A stretch of 35,279 nt of DNA, from positions 62,001 through 97,279 of the forward strand of contig MEDY01000209.1 of NCBI GenBank assembly GCA_001724265.1, given 5' to 3'. The number at the start of each line of letters is the position of its first letter. Position 1 is the stretch's first letter. The position numbers and the translations under genes were made by a program. This DNA is from Rhizaria sp. SCN 62-66. Lineage: Eukaryota. Below, one piece after another: positions 18,480 through 26,904 of this stretch. The notes beneath the pieces are model-generated. The model saw nothing but the letters and a program-made list of their open reading frames with translations. It had not been told where the DNA came from and did no database searches.

Positions 18480-18598
18480 TAATCGTGTTTTTTTCGATTG
18501 ATAATCGTGTTTTTTTCGATTGATATTTATGAACTATTTTGGTTGCTATATATCGTGTTTTTTCCCTCGATTGATATGTTATGAACTATTTTGATTGC
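18480..18598. repeat. Nested tandem duplications (22-bp unit inside a ~48-bp unit)
   Basis: TAATCGTGTTTTTTTCGATTGA x2; ATCGTG(T)n..CGATTGATAT(G)TTATGAACTATTTTG(G/A)TTGC x2. Confidence 0.85.
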
Positions 18599-18833
18599 CA
18601 TAATATGAATACGGCTGCCGTTTGAGGCAGTCTGAGGGGCTTCGTTACTTCACTGTTACCCAGTTAAAGGTTAGCCTATTGTAAATTGGTTAGATTCAAT
18701 TGAGAAATTCAATAATTGAATAGATTCATACTGTATTGCATGAGGCTCACGAAGTCGCAAATAAGAGAACAAGTATAGGTTAGGTTAATTATTATCAGTC
18801 ACAGAGACAGAGAACAGAAAAAAACAAGAGTTT

Positions 18834-18861
18834 ACTCGCTAGCTAGCACTCGCTAGCTAGC
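18834..18861. repeat. 14-bp tandem duplication containing the palindrome GCTAGCTAGC
   Basis: ACTCGCTAGCTAGC x2. Confidence 0.9.
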
Positions 18862-18987
18862 TGGTACAAACGGTGTTAATCGAAAAGAAATTTGTAAACA
18901 ATTACATAAAAGGTCAATAGGTTTTGCCGTCATGACGGAAGTAAGGAACACATGCTAGCTAGAAGGAAAAAAAAGTGCATATCCTAC

Positions 18988-21900
18988 TTAAAGGACTGTC
19001 TGCTTGCTCTGGAGCATTAGGCGCGCAGCAGGAATGGTCTCAAGAACGTCCTCAGGAATCATGAGAAGCATGGAGCGCGTGCGCTTGACCTGCGTATCGA
19101 GCGTGTGGATCATGGGCACGTAGACGACGAGGTAGACGAGGACTGCGGCGAGCGAGAAGACGATCAGCAGGATGAGCTCTGTGCGGATGCTCGACTGAAT
19201 GCCAGAGTCAACGTTATCCGAGTAGATATCGGCACTTTCGCGCAGTGACGCCGTCAGATACAGCTCCAGCCAGTCACTCATCATCATTACCTGTCCCGCA
19301 GGCGACGTCAGGCTCTGCACCGTTGCGTCCGACAGCGGCACCGGAGCGGGGAAGTTGCCGTCGGTCACCGGCGGAGCAGTCGGGTTCAGGGTCGCGTACG
19401 CCGCCTCAATCAGCGTTGTGACGGCCTTGAGTGCGGTCTGCGCCGTGGAGAAGAACTCCGTGACGGCCGAGGCGAGGCCACTTGTCATGACCGCGCTGTC
19501 GAAGGAGCGGCAGTACATGTCGCCCGGCGGCACGCAGCCGTTGGAGAAGAGCAGGAAATTCTGGCCCGTGCCGCGGCCGCGGCGCTCTTGCGTGGTGACG
19601 CCGATGACGCCCAATGTGCTGTTGCCGTAGATGAGCGCGTTGTGGACGACCTCGCCCATCTCGATCACGAAAGCCGCTTCCGCGGGCTGCGGCCACGTGC
19701 TCACGGGCGCCGGCCCCAGCGTCGGGTTGTACGACGACAGGACGGTGAGCTGCGACGTGGTAATGGCCATGAGGCTCTGGCGCACGTTGGCGTAGAAGAT
19801 TTCGCGTGGCGCGTTGATGTAATACTCGCGCGAGGCGCCGATGCCGATGAAGTAGATAGTGACGAAGTAGGTGATGGCGAGGATGAGGAGGAGCACGATC
19901 TTACCAAGGAACAGGTACTTGTCCGAGTGGAACGTCACCGTCTCCTGCTGCGTTGAGTTGTTGGCCGCGGCCGCCGCAGTGGCGTTGGCGATGGCCTCCT
20001 GGGTAGACATGGTGTCGGCGTTGGTGGTGGCCGCGATCGAGGGCGCGACGCGTGAGGACTGGCCCAGCCCATGGCCCGTGCCGGCCGACGCGATGCCCGC
20101 GCTGATGCGCTTGCTGTCGGCGTTGGCGTCGTCGTACTCGTTGGCGTCGTCGCCGTCGTTGTCCTTGTTCTTGTCGTCGTCGTCGCCGTCGGCCTGCACC
20201 ATGCCGCCGCCGCTTCCAGCGTGGCTCGAGAAGGTATCGACGCGCGAGTGGTAGATGCCGCGCAGCTGTACGACGATGTTGTTGGGGATGTCGAGGAAGA
20301 CGAGGATGACCTGCGACTTAGACTCTTCAATCTCGAACACCGTGGGGCGAAGGATGAAGACGATGACGAGGAAGATAGAGAGCAGCGGCGCGACGACGAG
20401 TCCGATGATGATGTAGTGCAACAAGTCGATCGTGACGAGCACGTCGCGCGTGAGGTCGTAGTCGGCATCCTGGCCCGCGAGCACGCCCGCACGCGAGATG
20501 GCGTTGGCAAGAATGAAGAAGACGTACTCGTTGGTCGGCACGAAGGAGCTCAGAGGCGCCTCAGCCAGCGCCGCGCCCGAGGACGCGATCACGGTCACGA
20601 TGTCCAACACGGACCGGAGGTCGGTGAAGATGGTGTTGGTGGTGGGGAAGTAGAGCGACGCGGGCACGGTGCGCGCTGTGAAGGCGGTGATGGTGCGCGT
20701 AGACGGCGAGGAGCCCGAGGTGACGGAGGTGGTGAGTCTGCCCGCCGACGTGTGCGTCACCGTCGCGATCTCCTGGCTCAGCGTGACCAGCTGCGCCACG
20801 GCGGACGTCAGCTGCGCACGCATCTCCTCCTCGAACGTCGCGTTCGACTGCAGCGGTGGCAGCGGCACGGGCGACGCCGACGTGTCCGACGCTGCGGTTG
20901 AGTAGGGGTACGCGGCCGTGGGGTCGAGCAGCCCGCTCTGCATGAGCGAGAGCCGGTGCACGGCGCGCGAGGCCTGCGCCAGGACGGCGTTGCGCTGCGA
21001 CACGCGGTTCAAGAAGCGCACGTCCGATTCGTATTCCTGCAGCAGGAAGAGCGTCGTGAGGAACAGCGCGAGGGCCGCCGCAATGATGATCACCACGGAG
21101 CACAGGAACGTGCGGCGGAACTTGTGCAGCCCCGACGCGATGCCCTCGTTGTCCTGCATGACCTCCTTGCGGAGGCGGTCCGAGATGCGGACGCCCTCAC
21201 CCACGGCGTCGCCGTCGTCATCGTCGTCGCCGTCACCGCCGTAGTCGTCGTCGTCCAGGTGCCGGCCCGACTTGGAGCGCTCGCGCAGCAGCGCGCGCAC
21301 GTCCATGTCCTTCTGCTCGGCCAGCTTAACGCTCTGCGCCGCCGTGGACCGCGCGTACGACGCGTGCTCCGCCGCCAGCGCCGCCGCGCCCGCCACACCC
21401 AGCGACACCTCGTCGCCCGTCGTGTACGCGTCCGCGCCGCCCGTGCTGCCGCTCTTGCCCGCGCCCGCGCCCGCACCGAGGCCGACCGTGGAGTCGGACG
21501 ACGACTTAGGCAGCGCGCCGCCGCCGCCGTCGGCCGCGGCGTCGCGCAGCGGACGCGAGTCGGCAACACCGGCGGCGTCGTCGTTGGCGTTGGCGGCCGC
21601 GATGGGCACGCCCCCGTCGTCGTCGCCGCCATCGTCGTCGTCGTCGTCATCGTCGTAGCCGCCGCGCGCGGCGTTGGCGCCCAGCCCCGTCCGCGGCGAC
21701 GTCGGCAGCTGGTCCGCGGCGCTCAGCAGCGCGGGGTCAATCTCGATCTCGCCACTGCCGTTGGCGTTGGGGCTGCTGCTGCTGCTGCTGCTGCCGTTGC
21801 CGCCACCGGGGACGTCGTCGCTGAGGGGGTCGCCGTGCAGCAGTACCGCGTGCCCGCTGCGCGCGTTGCCATTGCCGCCGTCGTCGCCGACGTTGGAGCC

Positions 21901-24900
21901 AGAGCCGGAGCGAGCGGTGTCGTTCTTGCTGCCGGTGCCGTTGCCGTTGCCGTCGCCGTCGCTGGCGGAATCGACGGCGCGCGCCGAGTCGGCCGGCGCG
22001 GGCGACGCTGGCGACAGCGCCGCGCGCGCGGCCGCAGCGGTGCCCAGGTCCACGACGCCCGCGCCGCCGCCCTCGCTGCCGCCGCTGCCGTCGCTGCCGT
22101 CGCCGTCGTGCGCGCTCGCGTGCAGCGAGGCGAGCAGGTTGCGCGCGCTACGGTTGCGGCCGCCCGCGCCCGCGCCCGCGCCGGCCTCCTCGGCCTCGGA
22201 GATGCCCGCGAGCCCCAGCCCGCGGCGGCTGCCGTGCTGGCTGCCGCCGGGGCCCGTGGCCAGGGCGACCGCGCCGAGCCCCAGCGGCGTGGCGCTGGCC
22301 GAGCCGCCTGGGGCGCCCTGCGCGCGCGGGGGCGTCATGAAGGACGACATGCCGCCGCGCGCGCCGTCGGGCAGGTGGCTGTCGGCGACTGCGAGGGCGC
22401 CGAAGCCGTGCGCGTCGACGCCGCCGCGCGCGCGGTCCAGGTCGAGCGTGGCGATGGCGGGCAGCACCAGCTCGCGCGGCGCGGGCAGGATCACCAGCAC
22501 AACGAGGTTCGACGCCACGAGCGGGACGCGGATGAGCTGCGCCGTCAGCGACCACGCCTCGGCGCGCGCGGGCGGGTAGTAGTCGACCTTGGCCACGGGC
22601 ATCAGGTGGTTCACGCCGAAGATCGGGTTGCGGTGCCGCTCGCCCGCGCGGCCCAGCATCGCGCCCAGTGAGAACTGGCGGATGTACGGGTTCGTCCCGG
22701 GCGCAAAGCGCGTCACCGACTCCGAGTCCGAGTCCGAGTCGGAGGAGTTGTCGCCCAGGAAGTACATGTGGTGCGCGAAGGCGCGCGCCATCACGGCCTT
22801 GCGCTTGTCCGCGCTGCTGCGCTTGCGCTCCTGGAGCTCCTGGCCCGCGACCGTGACGTCGTCCGTCGTCACTGTGTAGGTCATGTTGAGCCCGTTGTTC
22901 CCATCGCCGCCGTTGCCGCCGCTGTTGTTCTTGTTCGCGTCAGCGAGCGCCGTCGCGGCGGCCTGCTTGGCCACGGCTGCAGTTTCGTCGTCGTCCGAGT
23001 TGGACGCGGACGACGGCTGCCGGCGCTTGCGGCGGCGCGCCCTCTCCTTGCGTCGCTCGCGTCGCTCTTCGCGCGTCTCCTCCCGGTCGCCGCGCCGGCC
23101 GTCCTTGCGGTCCTTGCTGTCGCCGCCGGCCTCGCTGTCGCTGCCGCCGGCGCCGGCGCCGCCGCGACTGCTCTTCTTGGTCGCCGCCGCAAAGGACACC
23201 GACGCGCGGTCGGGGCGCGAGCGGCCCTTCTTGCGGTCGCGCAGCGCAGACTTGGTGGCCTTGGCCTTGGCCCTGGCGGCGTCGCCCGCGCGGGCCGCGC
23301 TGGCGGCGGCGCGGGCCTGCGCGGCGGCCTCCTCACTGGCGGCCGCCGCGGCCTTGGCCTTGGCCTTGGCCGTGGGCACGATGAGCGTGCCGTCGATCGC
23401 GTAGTTGTTGTGGTGCGCCGCGCGGCGGTCCGTGGCCGTGAGCGGGCGCCACACGCGCTGCGTGTAGTTGGGAATCACCGAGGCCATGTGCAGGTCGCCG
23501 CCGCTGACGGCCTCCAGGTCGACGCCGAAGAGCACGGCCGCGTTGGCCGAGAGCGCGCGCACGATGCCGTTGTCTTGGACCACGGCCAGACAGACCGGGT
23601 CCTTGGGTTGCACGTGCTCGATCAACACGATGATGCGCATCGAGCTGTTGTCGACGAACTTGCGCAGCTGCACGAAGGCGGGGAACACAAAGCCGGTAAC
23701 GTGGCGGCACAGCATGAAGCACTCAGCGATGTCGTCAAGCGGCGCGCCGTGGTCCTGGTACGAGCACGTGTAGTGCGTGAAGAGCGACGCGTAAGGCTCC
23801 GCGAAGAGCGCCGAGGCGTGACGGCCGGAGAACTCGGCCTGCGAGTAGCCGAAGAGCAGCGCGGCGCGCGAGTTGATCTTGTGCACGAGGCCCAGATCAC
23901 CGTCGTCGCCCGACACGACCAGGATCGCGTTCTGCTCGTCGAACAGACGCGAGTCCTTGCGGGAGCGCGAGGTCGCGGCCGCGTTGGTGGTGAAAGCGCG
24001 CGCCTGTCGCGCGTGCTCGTCGATGTAGTCAGCCAGGTCCAGCTGCTGCTGCGCGTGCTGCTTGTCCTGCAGGATATCCAGCAGGAACGAGGCGTAGAGG
24101 CGCATGCAGTAGGACGAGTTGGGGTTCACCTCGAGCACGCGCTTGTAGTGGTGCAACGCCTTCTTGTTGTGCTCGGCGATGGACACGGCATACTGCGACA
24201 GCCGCGTCACGTCGGGCTTGGGCTGGCACAGCAGCGACCAGAAGCGGAGCTGTCCGCGCGAGGCCGCGCCGTCGTGCTTGGCCGCCAACATCGTGTGCTG
24301 CTCGTAGGCGATGTACGACCGGATCTCGCGGTTCTCCTGCCGCGTCTGAAACTCGATCTCGATCAGCTGCGAGATCTTGTAGGCCATGTAGAGCACGTCG
24401 GGCGCCGAGGTGAGCGCCACGGCGCGGTTCGAGTAGCGATGCGCGCAGTGCATGTTGCCGCGGAACTCGAGCGCGAACTGCGCGTAGAAGAGGTAGATGA
24501 CGTCAGAGCGCATGAATGCCACGAGCGCGTGCTTGAACGTCTCCTCGGCGACGCGCACGAAGGCGCCATACTGCTCGCGCGAGACGCGGCGGCGCAGGCG
24601 GTATGAGGGCGTGTAGAGGTGCGCGTGCAGGCGCGCAAGCAAGAAGCGTACGTAGAGTTCGAGGATGTAGGGCGACGTAATTGCGCTGGGCGAGGTGACG
24701 GCGACTGCCCAGCGGCGCGAGTGCGCGGCCAGTAGCGCGGCCAACACTGCGAAGGGCAGCCCCCAGAAGAGCGCGTACGTGATGCCCGCGGCGTTGTCGC
24801 GCGAGTCTTGCGCGGCCGCGGTCACGGCGAGCAGCGCGAACCAGGCCAGCGCGGCGGCCGCGGCAACGAAGGCGAGTTCCCAGCGGAAGCGGTGGTGCGG

Positions 24901-26079
24901 TAGGAAGCGCAGGCGCAGCGTGAGGTACACGCCCCAGGCGACGAGCAGGATGACGGCGATGAGCAGCGGTTTGGACGAGTCGAAGCGCAGCAGCGGGCCC
25001 ATGATGACGCAGAGCAGCGTGGCGATGAGCAGCTTGGCCTGCTCGACGCGCGAGTGCGCTAGCGAGAGCGGCGACAGCGAGGAGCCGCCGAACTCCTGCA
25101 TGCCGACGACGCAGAGGTAGGCCACGAGCAGCGTTGCGACGAGCGAGGGCGCGCCGATCACGAGCAGCACGATGTGTTGCGGCGACGCGCACACGCCGCC
25201 GGCCCAGGAGCTGGCATGGGTCAGCACGCCCGGCTCGCAGTCGAACATGGACAGGAAAGTGTTGATGAGCGGGATGTAGAGCACAAAACCGACGGCGGGG
25301 AAGACGGCGCGCACGACCATGTTGAGCCCGGGGTACGCCTGGTACTCGCCGCGCCGCACCGCGCTGCGCGTCAGCACGAACGCGGCGACGAGCGCCCAGA
25401 TGACCACGCACGCGATGACGACGACGGCGTTGGCGCGATAGAGCTCCTTGTAGCGGAAGGCGGCGACCGAGGTCGCGGTCTCCAGCCACGACAACGCCGC
25501 GGCATCAAAGCGGAAGGTGTGAACGCGCACTACGAAGTCGAGCAGCTGCAGGAACTCGACCAGCAGCAGCGCGACGGCGTAGGCCGGGTGCAGCGCATGC
25601 TGGTAGGTCGTGAAGAAGAGGACCTGGAAGGCGGCCTGGCGCACGCCGATCAGCCATTGCGCGCACGCCGACTTGCGGGCCCCGACGGCGGCGCCCGAGT
25701 CGGCCGAGTCGTACCACGCATTGCCCGCCGCGGCCAGCCCGTCGGCGGCGGCCACGGATGTGAAACCGCGGCCCGCGCCGCGCCCACCGGTGGCCGACGC
25801 GCCCAGGCGGTCGTTGGCTTGCGTGTACGTGTCTGCGTTGTTGTTAATGTACGTAGGGTTCAGCGCGGAGAAGTTGGCCGAGTTGGTCCCCGTCGCCGCG
25901 GTCGGGTCCAGCGGGTTGTGGCGTGCGCGCGAGGGGGCCAGGATGCCCATCTCGACCGTGGAACGCCCATTGCCACCGCCGCCGCTGCGCCCGTTGGCGC
26001 TGCTGGAGCTGGCGCTGTTGCGCAGCGGCGAGGACAGTGAGTCCGCGGCGTCCGCGGAGTACTTCTGCGCGGAGCTCAT
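18988..26079 (-). CDS. Tiny macrocysts protein B/C (TmcB/TmcC)-like multi-pass membrane protein with TPR-like and PAS domains (2363 aa)
   Basis: N-terminal bundle of roughly 8-9 hydrophobic helices; TPR-like HYKRVLEVNPNSSYCMRLYASFLLDIL; PAS (ILVVSGDDGDLGLVHKINSRAALLFGYSQAEFSGRHASALFAEPY) plus a second partial PAS; long low-complexity linker; four C-terminal TM helices; terminal TRSMLLMIPEDVL motif. Confidence 0.8.
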   Translation of the reverse strand: MSSAQKYSADAADSLSSPLRNSASSSSANGRSGGGGNGRSTVEMGILAPSRARHNPLDPTAATGTNSANFSALNPTYINNNADTYTQANDRLGASATGGRGAGRGFTSVAAADGLAAAGNAWYDSADSGAAVGARKSACAQWLIGVRQAAFQVLFFTTYQHALHPAYAVALLLVEFLQLLDFVVRVHTFRFDAAALSWLETATSVAAFRYKELYRANAVVVIACVVIWALVAAFVLTRSAVRRGEYQAYPGLNMVVRAVFPAVGFVLYIPLINTFLSMFDCEPGVLTHASSWAGGVCASPQHIVLLVIGAPSLVATLLVAYLCVVGMQEFGGSSLSPLSLAHSRVEQAKLLIATLLCVIMGPLLRFDSSKPLLIAVILLVAWGVYLTLRLRFLPHHRFRWELAFVAAAAALAWFALLAVTAAAQDSRDNAAGITYALFWGLPFAVLAALLAAHSRRWAVAVTSPSAITSPYILELYVRFLLARLHAHLYTPSYRLRRRVSREQYGAFVRVAEETFKHALVAFMRSDVIYLFYAQFALEFRGNMHCAHRYSNRAVALTSAPDVLYMAYKISQLIEIEFQTRQENREIRSYIAYEQHTMLAAKHDGAASRGQLRFWSLLCQPKPDVTRLSQYAVSIAEHNKKALHHYKRVLEVNPNSSYCMRLYASFLLDILQDKQHAQQQLDLADYIDEHARQARAFTTNAAATSRSRKDSRLFDEQNAILVVSGDDGDLGLVHKINSRAALLFGYSQAEFSGRHASALFAEPYASLFTHYTCSYQDHGAPLDDIAECFMLCRHVTGFVFPAFVQLRKFVDNSSMRIIVLIEHVQPKDPVCLAVVQDNGIVRALSANAAVLFGVDLEAVSGGDLHMASVIPNYTQRVWRPLTATDRRAAHHNNYAIDGTLIVPTAKAKAKAAAAASEEAAAQARAAASAARAGDAARAKAKATKSALRDRKKGRSRPDRASVSFAAATKKSSRGGAGAGGSDSEAGGDSKDRKDGRRGDREETREERRERRKERARRRKRRQPSSASNSDDDETAAVAKQAAATALADANKNNSGGNGGDGNNGLNMTYTVTTDDVTVAGQELQERKRSSADKRKAVMARAFAHHMYFLGDNSSDSDSDSESVTRFAPGTNPYIRQFSLGAMLGRAGERHRNPIFGVNHLMPVAKVDYYPPARAEAWSLTAQLIRVPLVASNLVVLVILPAPRELVLPAIATLDLDRARGGVDAHGFGALAVADSHLPDGARGGMSSFMTPPRAQGAPGGSASATPLGLGAVALATGPGGSQHGSRRGLGLAGISEAEEAGAGAGAGGRNRSARNLLASLHASAHDGDGSDGSGGSEGGGAGVVDLGTAAAARAALSPASPAPADSARAVDSASDGDGNGNGTGSKNDTARSGSGSNVGDDGGNGNARSGHAVLLHGDPLSDDVPGGGNGSSSSSSSPNANGSGEIEIDPALLSAADQLPTSPRTGLGANAARGGYDDDDDDDDGGDDDGGVPIAAANANDDAAGVADSRPLRDAAADGGGGALPKSSSDSTVGLGAGAGAGKSGSTGGADAYTTGDEVSLGVAGAAALAAEHASYARSTAAQSVKLAEQKDMDVRALLRERSKSGRHLDDDDYGGDGDDDDDGDAVGEGVRISDRLRKEVMQDNEGIASGLHKFRRTFLCSVVIIIAAALALFLTTLFLLQEYESDVRFLNRVSQRNAVLAQASRAVHRLSLMQSGLLDPTAAYPYSTAASDTSASPVPLPPLQSNATFEEEMRAQLTSAVAQLVTLSQEIATVTHTSAGRLTTSVTSGSSPSTRTITAFTARTVPASLYFPTTNTIFTDLRSVLDIVTVIASSGAALAEAPLSSFVPTNEYVFFILANAISRAGVLAGQDADYDLTRDVLVTIDLLHYIIIGLVVAPLLSIFLVIVFILRPTVFEIEESKSQVILVFLDIPNNIVVQLRGIYHSRVDTFSSHAGSGGGMVQADGDDDDKNKDNDGDDANEYDDANADSKRISAGIASAGTGHGLGQSSRVAPSIAATTNADTMSTQEAIANATAAAAANNSTQQETVTFHSDKYLFLGKIVLLLILAITYFVTIYFIGIGASREYYINAPREIFYANVRQSLMAITTSQLTVLSSYNPTLGPAPVSTWPQPAEAAFVIEMGEVVHNALIYGNSTLGVIGVTTQERRGRGTGQNFLLFSNGCVPPGDMYCRSFDSAVMTSGLASAVTEFFSTAQTALKAVTTLIEAAYATLNPTAPPVTDGNFPAPVPLSDATVQSLTSPAGQVMMMSDWLELYLTASLRESADIYSDNVDSGIQSSIRTELILLIVFSLAAVLVYLVVYVPMIHTLDTQVKRTRSMLLMIPEDVLETIPAARLMLQSKQTVL

Positions 26080-26398
26080 CGGCGCGCGGGCTGACGGCGG
26101 AGCGAGAGTTGGGGCTCAGGTGTGTGGGTGAGCAAAGCGAAGCAACAGTACAAGTGCGAGAAGCTTTGTGTCGACTAAGGGTTGCTGCTGCGGTCTCAGA
26201 GACTGAAGAGACACAGAGCTGTTCCGCGCAAACAAGGCAGGTGCGGACGCAGATGCGCGCGACTGCGGGCGGGAGCAGGGACCGCTGCCGGCCGGCGGGT
26301 TGGGAGGGAGGCGCTTGGGCGCGTTCGAATGGAGGCAGGGCCGTCGTTACAAGACGTTCCTGCGAGGTCAACACGCTAGTTAAGCAAAAGAGCGTGTT

Positions 26399-26448
26399 CT
26401 TCAGAAGAGAAAAAGCACATGATACACACGAATACAGCGTTATGTGAG
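26399..26448 (-). promoter_or_regulatory. 3' splice acceptor-like module upstream of the TmcB-like gene
   Basis: CTCACATAACGCTGTATTCGTGTGTATCATGTGCTTTTTCTCTTCTGAAG (AAG; alternative TAG ending 26376 and CAG ending 26360). The following ~320 nt to the start codon contain no ATG. Confidence 0.5.
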
Positions 26449-26856
26449 TGTACATTTTGAGGGAGGTGCACAATGGGTGATAGAAAATGGTTCGATGCAA
26501 CATGGGCGTCCTTAGAAAGAACACAGCTTCAGACTGCGCAGGCAAGGGCAAACATCCGTTGTTTGATACAGCCATATTCATTTACAAAAGAAAACACACG
26601 GAATTATATCATATTGAAACATTGCATTTATAGAGCCTTATATTGTGGCACAAAGACGACAAAACATCTCATTAAACCCACGCCGAAGCGCTCAAAAGAC
26701 GTTGCGTTTTTTTGCGAACCACCTCGGTGCTGTTGCTGCTTGCGCCCGCTTCTTCTCCTCAACTATTTGGCCAAAGACGAAGCTGTTGTGCTATTAGAAT
26801 TTCGGCAAATGAGATATAATGACTTTGATACGATTTGAGCGCCTGTGTTATCTTTG

Positions 26857-26893
26857 ATCACAGTTTAAGGACGCTTTATTTCTTGATTTACAG
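26857..26893 (+). promoter_or_regulatory. 3' splice acceptor-like module upstream of REV7
   Basis: ATCACAGTTTAAGGACGCTTTATTTCTTGATTTACAG, ending 11 nt before the ATG. Confidence 0.5.
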
Positions 26894-26904
26894 GCGCTAT
26901 ATGA

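Noticed and set aside
18470-18600. Spliced-leader RNA gene candidate (Sm-like TATTTTGG; GTAAGC donor at 18475)
   Set aside because: The donor is on the minus strand and the Sm-like site on the plus strand; no convincing stem-loop arrangement.
17962-18655. Possible MITE/hAT element bounded by CAGTGAA (17962) and TTCACTG (18655)
   Set aside because: Only a 7-bp inverted match, and no target-site duplication (TGAGACAT vs TTACCCAG).
17619-18861. CRISPR-like array
   Set aside because: The repeats are different two-copy units with no spacers, there are no cas genes, and the context is eukaryotic.
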